The position numbers and the translations under genes were made by a program. DNA of 62,396 bases, filler included. It is 14 parts of 14 records of this genome, joined end to end, with 100 filler letters (N's around TTAATTAATTAA, not from the genome) between each part and the next. Parts side by side here need not be neighbours in the genome. Positions count along the whole stretch, not along the records: positions 1 to 3,291 come from SRR7504441_11796; positions 3,392 to 9,092 come from SRR7504441_11802; positions 9,193 to 14,205 come from SRR7504441_11815; 11 more parts are not named here. One strand, 5' to 3'. Shown one piece after another: positions 1-9,836 of the stretch (position 1 is the first letter of the stretch; the number at the start of each line of letters is the position of its first letter). The notes beneath the pieces were generated by a model. It was given only the letters and a program-made list of their open reading frames with translations. It was not told the DNA's origin and searched no databases.

Positions 1-60
1 AGTGGAGGGCGCGGAGACAGGATTGCTTGACCGGCTTGAGCCTGCTGCAGAATATAGGGG

Positions 61-3000
61 TTACTGATCCAGCATGTTGCTAGGTGGCGCATTGAACCAT
101 CCAAGTCCCTTTTGTACCATCAATTGCGCCAGCTCTGCCATGTCTTCGCTTCGCAGCACCTCACGCAAACCTCCACCGAATTCGGCCCAGATTGCTTTAC
201 ACCAAGGGCTGACCTGAATTGCCCTGAAAAAATGTCGCTTTGCAGCTGCAACCGAGCCCACTTTCAGTTCCAGCTGAATGAACAACCACCAGAGCACTGC
301 ACTTATCGGTTGCCACACAGGCTGAGCCAGAATTGCTTCGAAGACAGTACGTGCGCGATGCACAGCTGCAGTGTGGTCAGCCGCCCCAGGCCTGAATGAG
401 CCGTGCACAGCCTGGACTTGACTCTGCAGGTAAAAGAGCCACAGTTTGGGATCAGATTGTTTGCGGCACATGGAGCTCAACATGCGCCGGAAGTGTGCCC
501 AGCTATGCTGTGAGCTGCTGGCTAGGGCTGCGAGCATGGTAATATTCCCGGGACAGCTCCGGAGCCCTTGCATCACTGCATGGTGCAATGGCTGGAGGGA
601 TGAGGTTCGAGCCTTCACATGCCAAGAGACTACTTCCACATGAGTTTCATACACTTTCTGCTTGGCCTCAGGGGCACAAATAGATATGACAGCGTTTATG
701 AACAGATGGAGTTCGTCAATTCTGTTGCACAACGCCTCAAGCCAGCAGAAACAGGCTGCCAGTTCTATATCGTGTGGCTGCCTCAGCTGATCAGGCAACT
801 TGGCTTGTAGGGTTCTGCGCGCCGTCAACACTAGCATGGGTAACGGGGAGGCCTCATCTGGATTCGCAGGCTCGGGCACCACACCAGCAGTGAAGAGCAG
901 CAGCCACAAGGCAGCAGCCTCCCCAGCCCCTCCATCGGTGAGCTCCAGCTTGAGAGCTGAAAGGGCCAGCGAGGCCCGTTGCTGCACCCCTGAAGCCATC
1001 GCAAGCACATTCGCATAGATACGTCTCGCCTCTGACACGTTGCCTAAACCGAGCTCAAGCTTAGCAAAATGCGCCCAGAGCAGCCAATTGCTCGGGTCTT
1101 GCTTGAGCAACGCTTTGGCAATTTTGCGGAATGCTTGGGCAGACATAGTCTGTGAGGCAAACCACAGCCTGAGCTCGCAAAATTGTTGCGACTTGGGAAA
1201 CATGACCACAAGCTGCTCGGTCACTCGGCCAATCAATGAAAGCTCACTTTCTGGTCTATCCTTGATTGGCATCATTGAACGGATCGGGCGCAACTTGGCT
1301 GGGTCACACTCCAGTGCGGCGGACAGCTTGGATACAGGCCCGAGCAGCCAGCTTGCACAGGGCAGCGACGGCTTAATGTGATCCAAGTCAAGCTCTGCTA
1401 CACCAAGAAAATGAAGCATTCCTAGGCAAAGCATCTCACGGGAATTAGCGCTGGGCAGGTCGAACAAACAGTGCTGCAGGTCCTCATAGAGGCAGAGCTG
1501 GTCTGGAGCTGCATCTGGGCCGCTCTTGAAGCTCTGCGTGTTGGAGCTCTGCTCCGATTCTAGCCAAGCTGCGAGTTTTGCCTTCCTCGCTGCCTCCTGC
1601 TGCTCTGAAATTCGCTGTTCTTGCTCTCGAGAAGCTATGGGGGCACCCAGCTGGCTGAGTGTGTGCTTAGTTAACGCTACTCGGTGGATCCGGTTTGAGC
1701 AAATTGCACAGAAATAATCTGCACACTCCGCACAAAGCACAACTGCTTTCCTCTCTTCACACATGCCGCACCAGGTAATCTCATCGTCTGAATCTTCCCA
1801 TTCGCCGGCCTCGTTCTCGCTCCCGTCTTCCTCTGGCTCCTTGGGCTCCTCAGGCTCACTGGCTTGGAACCCTAGCAACGTGCTGATGGCCATTTGGTCG
1901 TCCTGCTGCTGCTCATCTTCGCTGCTACTCTCACTTAGCTCATCCACCTCAGCACTAGCCATCCAATCCGCCCACCCGACTGCCCGTGGTTCGCCCCACG
2001 GCAAATCCACTGCCGCCCAGTAGGCCTCAAAGTATTGCCGTCGAACCGAAAGACCCACTCCCTCAAGTTCCTTGGGCACACAGCAGCTGAACTCTACCGC
2101 TGCCTGCCAACTCGCCAGCCCCCGCCCGTGGCACCCACTGCCGCTCTCTGTCGCCCCAACCGCCACCATCAGCCAGACTAAGTGCTGCTCCACCTGCTCA
2201 GTTGGCTCTTTCCCCTCGCGCAGTGAGCCAACCGCAGCTTCAAGCGCCTCAGCAAGCACTTCCCGGATCGAAGCCATGCTGAATAAACTGAAATTTGACA
2301 GCCGCCAGAGGACGTACTCACGCCAAACCCGGCAGCTGCCCGCCCGGGATCCTATCACAGTCCGCCACAGCTGGCTGATCTCTTCGGGGTCTTTGATTTC
2401 TCCACACGTGCTGAGGTACCCTAGCAACAACTCCTCGTTGTCTGGTGCCATTGTCAACGCCCGGGCGTAAATCGCCAGCTTCTTCTCGCCTACCAGCACT
2501 GGGTTACGCCGCCGGTTAAGCTGACTGAACTCGTCTTGGAAAGCTACAAACTCGCGCCAGAGAGCTGCGTCATCCGGTCTTTCCCGCAGCTGCGCATTGA
2601 ACCACTTGCTTCGCCGGAAGAGCCACCCCTCAAGAGACTCCTCCAGCTGACTATTCGTGCCCTCCGAGCGGGGCGCTGCTGCCTCCAGCGGCATGTAGTC
2701 TTCCGGGTGTGCTGGAGGGCGTTCGAGCCGGCTCACACGCACCCGACGCCGTTTGCGGCTCCGCTCGACCACCACAGATGCCCTGCCATAGTACCGCTGC
2801 CCCTTGCTGGGCAGAGGCTGGGCGCTGATCAGGTCTCGGGGAGGGTAAAAGACCGGGATGTCCCCCGAGTAGAGGCTCTCGTATACGAGATTGTCCCGGT
2901 CACCCGCCCGGTCCAGACTGTACAGATCGTTGGAAACGGCCTCGCGTAGCTCCTGCTCTTTCCTGGTCTCTTTCTTGTCCTTCTTGGCCTGCTTTTTCTT

Positions 3001-3276
3001 ATCCTTGGCGTCCTTCTTGGCCTGCTTCTTCTCCTCCTTGGATGGTCGCCAGGGCTTGGGCGTGGCCGGGGCAGGCTGGGCGATCTCCCGCACCCGGCCG
3101 AACTCGTCGCCAAAGAAGTCTGCTGCACTCGGCCGCTTCTTCTTGCTGCCACCAGGCGCGGGCGGCGGCGCTGGCGGCTCGGGGGCGGCGGCGCTGTTGT
3201 TCCTGAGCCAGGCGAGCTGGCTCCGCCCGGCGAGCTGGCTCCGCCTGGCGGCCGATGGGAACAGGGGCTTTGACAT
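61..3276 (-). CDS. NRDE2: NRDE2 (nuclear exosome regulator / RNAi cofactor) with an internal B-box zinc finger
   Basis: Uninterrupted 1071-aa ORF. It has a Lys-rich N-terminus, an NRDE2-like motif DRAGDRDNLVYESLYSGDIP, FNAQLRERPDDAALWREFVAFQD...EKKLAIYARAL, HAT-like repeats and a C-terminal FFRAIQVSPWCKAIW. A B-box CxxC..CxxC..CxxC..H..H lies at about 1657-1773. Confidence 0.9.
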   Translation of the reverse strand: MSKPLFPSAARRSQLAGRSQLAWLRNNSAAAPEPPAPPPAPGGSKKKRPSAADFFGDEFGRVREIAQPAPATPKPWRPSKEEKKQAKKDAKDKKKQAKKDKKETRKEQELREAVSNDLYSLDRAGDRDNLVYESLYSGDIPVFYPPRDLISAQPLPSKGQRYYGRASVVVERSRKRRRVRVSRLERPPAHPEDYMPLEAAAPRSEGTNSQLEESLEGWLFRRSKWFNAQLRERPDDAALWREFVAFQDEFSQLNRRRNPVLVGEKKLAIYARALTMAPDNEELLLGYLSTCGEIKDPEEISQLWRTVIGSRAGSCRVWREYVLWRLSNFSLFSMASIREVLAEALEAAVGSLREGKEPTEQVEQHLVWLMVAVGATESGSGCHGRGLASWQAAVEFSCCVPKELEGVGLSVRRQYFEAYWAAVDLPWGEPRAVGWADWMASAEVDELSESSSEDEQQQDDQMAISTLLGFQASEPEEPKEPEEDGSENEAGEWEDSDDEITWCGMCEERKAVVLCAECADYFCAICSNRIHRVALTKHTLSQLGAPIASREQEQRISEQQEAARKAKLAAWLESEQSSNTQSFKSGPDAAPDQLCLYEDLQHCLFDLPSANSREMLCLGMLHFLGVAELDLDHIKPSLPCASWLLGPVSKLSAALECDPAKLRPIRSMMPIKDRPESELSLIGRVTEQLVVMFPKSQQFCELRLWFASQTMSAQAFRKIAKALLKQDPSNWLLWAHFAKLELGLGNVSEARRIYANVLAMASGVQQRASLALSALKLELTDGGAGEAAALWLLLFTAGVVPEPANPDEASPLPMLVLTARRTLQAKLPDQLRQPHDIELAACFCWLEALCNRIDELHLFINAVISICAPEAKQKVYETHVEVVSWHVKARTSSLQPLHHAVMQGLRSCPGNITMLAALASSSQHSWAHFRRMLSSMCRKQSDPKLWLFYLQSQVQAVHGSFRPGAADHTAAVHRARTVFEAILAQPVWQPISAVLWWLFIQLELKVGSVAAAKRHFFRAIQVSPWCKAIWAEFGGGLREVLRSEDMAELAQLMVQKGLGWFNAPPSNMLDQ

Positions 3277-3291
3277 TGACGACCCCCCCCC

Positions 3292-3391
3292 NNNNNNNNN
3301 NNNNNNNNNNNNNNNNNNNNNNNNNNNNNNNNNNNTTAATTAATTAANNNNNNNNNNNNNNNNNNNNNNNNNNNNNNNNNNNNNNNNNNNN
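3292..3391. other. Artificial contig-joining spacer (first of 13)
   Basis: 44 N + TTAATTAATTAA (stops in all six frames) + 44 N. The same spacer recurs at 9093, 14206, 18755, 21919, 25162, 32725, 36262, 40161, 46228, 51183, 54463 and 57929. Confidence 0.98.
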
Positions 3392-4235
3392 GTGTCGAGG
3401 CCACCTGTTGGGCGTACGGAGTCCCTTCTAGACTCCCGCCAGGGATAGCGTAAGCACTGACAGCATCAAAGCCCAGATTCTTGCGCAGAGAGGCGGCGGC
3501 GGTTGGATCGGCCCCGACTGTCATTGCAACGAAATAAGGATTGCCGGTGCCTTGGGCGATGCTCTCTGCACGGAAGGCTTCCCACTGGGCACGCCAGCTC
3601 TCCCAACCACCGTTCATCACGGCCTCCGCCTCACTTGCCTGGAAGAGAAAGACCAACGGCCGGCCCCCGAGCACGCGCTGGAACGCATTGTCCCGGATCA
3701 CTTCTAGGTAACGGGCGCGCATCACGGGCAGGGCCGGGGAGGCACCCAGTAAGACCAAGCTGATGTTGATCAAATGCTTGAGCTGGGACGAACGATGCCG
3801 TTTGAGCCCATACCAAGGGTCCCGGGCCTTGTACCCGAGCGAGGTCGGGCCGTTCCCGGTCTGCGGGTCCCGGCCCCAGTACCCCTCGCACTGCGGGATG
3901 CCTCGGTCCTTGGGCCACTCGCAGTATGTGTCATACGCCCAGAAACTGAGCCCGGCCGTCGAGGCCGCCTGGAGCTCCGCATCCATGACAGCCTGGTCGT
4001 CGCCGTCGAACGCGATGTGCGTCTGGTTGGCTGGGTCCACCGTGGCGTACCACGGGAGCCGCCAGTGGTACTCCGGCGGGGCCATCACCTCGGCCACCGT
4101 CGAGCTGATGACGTCCCTCGTGTGGCCGTTCCAGCAGTCCCAACGTATGGCCCCGAACAGTTGTGGCCGGGAGCTGCTTGCGCCAGTGGCTGCAACCACC
4201 AACAGCAGGGCGATGCAGCGGCCGTGGTGGCCCAT
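3392..4235 (-). CDS. Secreted glycoside-hydrolase-like protein (GH71/GH99-like), 3'-truncated by contig end
   Basis: Signal peptide (CIALLLVVAATGA). Motifs GAIRWDCW, RLPWYA, QAVMDAELQAASTAGLSFWAYD, GGRPLVFLF and GFDAVSAY resemble bacterial GH99-like domain proteins. No intron is needed. Confidence 0.55.
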
Positions 4236-4276
4236 CACTGTGTCGCTGAGCCGGACAGCTGCAGTACCGGCCGGCC

Positions 4277-4293
4277 TAACTCCGGACTAACGG
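4277..4293 (+). promoter_or_regulatory. Composite TAACTCCGGACTAACGG element in a divergent promoter
   Basis: Lies between head-to-head starts at 4235(-) and 4364/4433(+). Near-identical elements occur at 11583-11603 and 35517-35547. Confidence 0.55.
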
Positions 4294-4363
4294 AAAGGCC
4301 TGTCCTCCAGGGCCGTGCACATAGGCAGCCGGCCGTTCTCAACTTCAGGGTTGCCCTCGGGGG

Positions 4364-5728
4364 ATGCGGCAACGCGGCTGGTTGCGCTGTGCGCTGGCTG
4401 GGGCGGTCTTGGTCCAGTCAGAGCCTGTGCAGATGGAGGCAGGCATCAGGCCGCGGGTGCTGATCGTGGGGGGAGGGGTGATGGGTGGGGCGGCTGCGTA
4501 CGCGGCAGCGCGCAGCGACCGGTGCAGCGTGCTGCTGCTCGAAGCCGGGAATCCGTTCAAGAGCTCGTGGGGAGAGAGCAGGATCGCGCGGCTCTCGCAG
4601 AGCAGCGGGCTTTACCTTCGGATGATGATGCGCAGCCGGGCGCTCTGGACAGACCTGGAGGCCGAGGCGCAGGCCAGGCTGCTCAAGCCGACCGGGATGC
4701 TCGATATCGGCTCGGACGATCTGCTCGAGCCGTTGCTCCGATCGTACGATGAGTGTGCCGTCCCGTACCAGCGGCTCGACCCGGCTCAGGTGCAACAGAG
4801 ATGGCCCGGGTTGCGTCTGGTAGCGCACGAGAACGCCGTGTTCCAAGAGGACGGCTGGCTGGTTCTAGCTGCCCAGGCGCTCGAGGGTCTGTGCGAATGC
4901 AGCAGAGCGCACGGTGCGATCTGGGTCGAAAACGACGCGGTCCGGTCGATCAATCGCTCGTTGAAGACAGTCACCACCGAGTCTGGGGCCGTTCATTCGT
5001 ACGATAAGCTGATTCTGTGCTGTGGACCCTGGACGAACCAAGTGCTGGCTCTAGCCGAGCTGCCTGAGCTGCCTCTGCTAGTCACCAACGAGCAACAGAC
5101 GTACTACCGCACATCTGCGGGGCACGAGCAGGATTACGACTGGGAGCACCTGCCGTGTATCATAGACCGGAGCGCCAACGGCATTTATGTGCTCCCGCAC
5201 GTCATTGGGGGGGTCAGCGGGGTCAAGATCAGCCAGTACAGATCCGGTCCAGCACTCGACACAGAGGAGCATAGGCTGCCAGCCGGGTGGTCCCCGGGCG
5301 GTCTGTGGGGCGGTGACCCGTGGCAACTCGGCCATCCTCAAAGCAGGGCGGATGTCAGTGCCACAAAGCCTGCCGTTGCGCATGATATGAGTGCGGAGCT
5401 CGATCAAGCTGCTGCCGATGCCTGCACCCACTGGGCGGCTCAGCACATGCCCCTCATCCAGGCTGGCGGTCCGGAGCACCACTACAGGTGCATGTACACC
5501 ACCCCGGTCTGCGATCACAAGTTTGTCATTGGAGAACACCCGCAAGACAAGGACGTCTTGCTGGCCTGTGCGGGGTGCGGCGAGGGATTCAAGTTTGGCA
5601 TGGTCATCGGCGAAGCAATAGTGGACTTGGCTCTCGGAACTTGTGTAGAGAAAGTGCCCGGAATGCGAGCAAGCTTTTCGTTGCATCGTCCTACGTTGCA
5701 AGGCGTTCACGCACCGAGGAATTCCTGA
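4364..5728 (+). CDS. Monomeric sarcosine oxidase / pipecolate oxidase family FAD oxidoreductase
   Basis: VLIVGGGVMG Rossmann motif, SSWGESRIAR, LCCGPW, flavinylation-type CMYT and GxGFKF. The true start may be the ATG at 4433. Confidence 0.88.
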   Translation: MRQRGWLRCALAGAVLVQSEPVQMEAGIRPRVLIVGGGVMGGAAAYAAARSDRCSVLLLEAGNPFKSSWGESRIARLSQSSGLYLRMMMRSRALWTDLEAEAQARLLKPTGMLDIGSDDLLEPLLRSYDECAVPYQRLDPAQVQQRWPGLRLVAHENAVFQEDGWLVLAAQALEGLCECSRAHGAIWVENDAVRSINRSLKTVTTESGAVHSYDKLILCCGPWTNQVLALAELPELPLLVTNEQQTYYRTSAGHEQDYDWEHLPCIIDRSANGIYVLPHVIGGVSGVKISQYRSGPALDTEEHRLPAGWSPGGLWGGDPWQLGHPQSRADVSATKPAVAHDMSAELDQAAADACTHWAAQHMPLIQAGGPEHHYRCMYTTPVCDHKFVIGEHPQDKDVLLACAGCGEGFKFGMVIGEAIVDLALGTCVEKVPGMRASFSLHRPTLQGVHAPRNS

Positions 5729-5905
5729 AAAATAAGAATATTGTATTATTAATAACACTTTTGTGAATTTCTGTTGGATATTTCTGCTGAGAATACAATC
5801 GCGCATAATTTTGAGTGTACAGTACTTATACAAAACAGCGAGGACCATCTGGGCTACTGCGTATATTATTCGATCGCAGCTACGTTCTACAGGCGGATGA
5901 AGGTA

Positions 5906-5990
5906 CTAGTTGGGTAGTGATACCCAACTCAAGTACTTATAACGTGACTTATGCTATAAGTACTTGAGCTGGGTATTACTACCCACCTAG
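5906..5990. repeat. 85-bp inverted repeat (36-bp arms, 33/36 match, 13-nt loop), MITE- or hairpin-RNA-like
   Basis: Arms at 5906-5941 and 5955-5990, both bounded by CTAG. Confidence 0.9.
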
Positions 5991-6016
5991 GCGAGAGAGT
6001 CAATTGACTCTCTCGC
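5991..6016. repeat. Perfect 26-bp palindrome GCGAGAGAGTCAATTGACTCTCTCGC
   Basis: The sequence equals its own reverse complement. It overlaps the last codons and the TGA (6000-6002) of the minus-strand gene. Confidence 0.95.
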
Positions 6017-9000
6017 GCACCCGCTCGTAGCAGAACTGGCCGATCCCGCCCGAGCAGAAGTACGACCACAAGTAGACAGCAAGATACGGCCCAATCATGA
6101 AGGCATTCACAGCACAGGTCCACAGCAACTGGTAACGTGCCACTATCAGACGCTATGGGCAGCAGTGGGCACGGACCTTGCAATTCATGCAGCTGTAGTG
6201 CGAGCTATCGTCGTCATGAAAGTCCTTGCTGAAGAGCCGCATAACAGCCACCGCGCAGACGCCCACATCCGCAACCATGAGGGCGCCAAGTACTGTAGTG
6301 GAATTGCAACCACACTGTAAAACAGTTAGCACCACGCCACTCTTAGAGACCGACCTTTCGCTTTCCTTCGGCTATGCTCAGAAACCCGACGTCATCACGA
6401 CTCAGCAAATGCTCTCCCGACCTGGCCAGCTCATCTCTCCAGTCCTCTGATTTGGTGTCGAGATCCGTTGGGATTTGATGCTCTGGCGCGCTGCTGCCTT
6501 CATCCACCTGATCCTCAAACGTATGATACACGTTGTCACAGTCCTCGGAGGTCTTGCTATCGAGCTCTTCGGGGATGAGGTGTGAGCGGAAACTCTTGTT
6601 TCTAATCGAGCGGCACCAGGTCACCACATTCCACACAAGGGTTGTGCCGCCCACTGCCGTCCGAGCAGTAAACGCGATCAGGGTCAGACTCGCCCAGTCG
6701 CATTCTTTCTGTGCGCACAGGTGTGAAACCAGCTTTAAGCGGAAGGCCACCTCATGCCTGCATGAACTGGAATTCTGCCTCAGCGCCAAGATCAGGCCTC
6801 CAACGCCGGACCAGATCATCAGGATCGAGCCAAACCTGCAGCTGATTGTCAGGCTAGGGGCTGGGGCAGCACACGACCAGAGTATTTGGGCTCTGTGATG
6901 CCAGGGAACGCTGATAGTCAGTCCCTTATTTATTGCCAAACCAGCATACTTGTCACCAAAACACAGAATCCGGCCGTCAGTATACCATCGCTGCCACAAG
7001 GAGTCACTCATGCTTGCACAGAGGGTGACCCTCAATACAGAGATCACAAGCACCGCCAGGCGCAGCGCAGCGAAGGAAATGAGCACTTGGTACCAGTAGT
7101 TAAGGTGCTCCTCGTTGTAAAGTGAGTCCTCCTTCAGCACCAGCGCCACGAAGGCAAAAGATGCCGCGTAGTTGACTCCAGAGACAGTTGCGTACCTACT
7201 TGTGGCTCAGATCCGCACTCGATGGGCAGTGATACCGCTTGGATGAGTAGCCGAGGGTGGCATGCATCAGAGCGGGCATCAGCAGATTGCCTACGAAGAT
7301 CGGGGCAAGTTGGAGCTGGATCAGGTCATCGTTCAGACACGGCCCGGCGTTGTTGTCTTGGAGCACGCAGCCGAGAAGTCTGATCAGGTTGAAAGAGGCA
7401 ACTATCCCGACTAGTGCGAGCATCATGTCAAACGTGCAAATCACCCACAGAATCACCAGACCAACCCAGATCTGCACACACCAACAGTCACCGCTGCACC
7501 TGACTGATACTGCACCCCCTGTCGATACCACGGCCACTCGGAGTTGAACTGCCCAATGGGTGAGATCACTTCCGTGGTTCGGTTGAGCAGTGCAAACGTT
7601 GGGAAAAGGTTGATGATATCCAGCTTCAACGAATTGACATTTGCCTTCACCTCGTCTTTGCCTTCTTCCGGGAATGAAAAGTTGACGATCCCGAAGATAA
7701 CATCCAGCGCCTGTAAGACAACTCGCTTCAGTCCCAGTCAAAGCAGAGAGTGAGTCCCACCTGCCTAATCGACACCACGCTCCATGCCAGCTCCACGAAA
7801 CAGTTCTCGAGATTAAGGGCTAGAGCTTTGTCTTTGTTCAGCGCCGCTTGATGAGAAATCATTGGCTCATCTTGGTTGGCTAGCAGCAAGAGCCAGGTCG
7901 ACTGTTGACCCGAGGCAGTATAGACCGAGTCTACTGTAACTTGTGAAACAAATGCCCGCACTCCAAGCTTTGCGATGTTCTCTGGCACCTCCATGTTACT
8001 CATTTGGTACACCAAATACTCGGCGCCACTCAAAAAGTCGGTGATCTCGATCCGTGCATCTATAATATGCATTTCGAGATCTCGTCGGACCCTGCACCAG
8101 ACAAAATGATCAGCTGTGCGCTCCAATCCAGCTCACCCTGCATGTGCCTCGGCAGTGGGCACTATAATAGCAATATCCGTGCTCTCGCCTTTCTCCAGCG
8201 TAATCTGCACTGTGACAGCGGGGCCCTGCCCCCAGCAGGCTCGCACAGTCGACTCAGCCAACTAGTCACCATCGCGTGGCCACTCGCCACCAGCACAGGA
8301 TCTGGGCACTCCACTCGGAACAAGGCCGCCTCCCCAAACAGATCCGAAGCCACAATGCCCCCCTCCTTATCTGGCGCCTGCTCCTCGGGGCCCGGCGCTC
8401 CAACCTCGAGGTGAAACACAGCGGCCGCATCAGCCATGCTCAGCCCGGTCCGTTCAGCCCAGCCAGGCGTCTCTCGGGCGTTAGCCATCGCCTGCAGTTC
8501 GGTCCTGTCCAGAACTCCGTCGTTGTTCACATCGAATAAGCTGAAGTCCTCTTCGAGTCCGCCGTGGCTCTTGAATGCCTCCAGGTTGAACCCCGGCAAG
8601 TCGTCCACGCTCCGCTTGCCATGGAACACCTCAGAGACCGCCACCAGGAAAAGGATGCTCGACATGGACATCTGGCCAGTCAGGTGCGGCACTTGGATCA
8701 GCACCAGCCCGTCGGTGACCTCCGCAGTCACCCCTGTGCTCAGCTTGATCTCGCCGGTTCCCACCCCATGCCCATGGAACTGTGCCTGAAACGGCAGCCG
8801 TGCCAGCACCTGGGTCTTGGGCGGCGTGCGCTCGAAGCTGCGGGCGGCGGCCAGCTGAGCCTTGAGCATCTTCATCTGCTCGCCGATCTGCACAATCACC
8901 ATCTCGGTCCCTTGCCTGAACAGCCCGTCCACCTGCCCAGCCTCAGCTCGCCCCAGCTGCCCGAGCGCACATCCTCCTTGGTGGCCTCCTGCATGGTGCA

Positions 9001-9092
9001 GAACAGCCTGTACAGCGGGAGCACCCACCGCCTGTCCAGGTGCATGTTCAGCCCTGCGGCTAATCTGAGCCAGCCGAAACCCGCCGGGCACA
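6000..9092 (-). CDS. Multi-exon polytopic membrane protein with an EF-hand, 5'-truncated, family unknown
   Basis: ORFs 8162-9091, 7728-8126, 7453-7650, 7196-7741, 6343-7149 and 6153-6335 join through about 10 short GT-AG introns (e.g. 8933-8970, 7196-7235). EF loop DVNNDGVLDRTE and several hydrophobic helices are present. The protein ends ...YERVRERVN*. Confidence 0.65.
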
Positions 9093-9192
9093 NNNNNNNN
9101 NNNNNNNNNNNNNNNNNNNNNNNNNNNNNNNNNNNNTTAATTAATTAANNNNNNNNNNNNNNNNNNNNNNNNNNNNNNNNNNNNNNNNNNNN

Positions 9193-9705
9193 GCGATCGG
9201 GTACGAGGTCTGCTTCCAGCCGGGCGAGTACAAGGTGCAGCGAGTGCTCAAGACCAGCACAGTCACCGTCGACTGCGGCGTCACGCCGACCACAGGCGAG
9301 GTGGTGTGCCAGAGCTGCCTAGGGTTCATAGACCAGCGCATACCTCTCAGGTTTGGCGTGGGGGACCGCGTGGTGGCGTGCCTGCAGCGAGGGCATTTTT
9401 ACAAGTGGGGGAACGCTATAGTGCGTGAGCTGTGGTACCATCACGCTAGCTGGGCTTCGGGTGAGGTGGCGCCTTACAGAATAGAATTGGAGTCGGGCGG
9501 CGAAGCGTGGGTCCACCGAGACCATCACACGCTGCTGAGAGCTGCTGAGCTGCAAGCTCCAGAGCATGGGCGGGGCCAGCGGCCGAGGATGAAGCGGAAG
9601 CAAGGCGGGGACGGGTCGTGGCAGATGGTGGATTACCAAGCGTGCAAAGCGCGAAAGTGTGGACCCCCGGAACTAGATCTTGATGAAATCATCGTCGATA
9701 AATGA
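9193..9705 (+). CDS. 5'-truncated protein with an SH3-like barrel (LRFxVGDRV...WY...APYxIxL)
   Basis: Frame is open from the contig edge. Motif PLRFGVGDRVVA..W..IVRELWY..APYRIELESG..WVHRD. Confidence 0.6.
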   Translation, partial: AIGYEVCFQPGEYKVQRVLKTSTVTVDCGVTPTTGEVVCQSCLGFIDQRIPLRFGVGDRVVACLQRGHFYKWGNAIVRELWYHHASWASGEVAPYRIELESGGEAWVHRDHHTLLRAAELQAPEHGRGQRPRMKRKQGGDGSWQMVDYQACKARKCGPPELDLDEIIVDK

Positions 9706-9836
9706 ACGTCAATTACTGTATAGCTTCAAAATGTTCGTGCGCGTGTGTATCATTACAGCTGTACGAACTGGCAGTTGGAATAGTGCAATCGTTCCAAGTT
9801 CGATCTTAGGATTATTTAAAGATCATTTAAAGCCAG

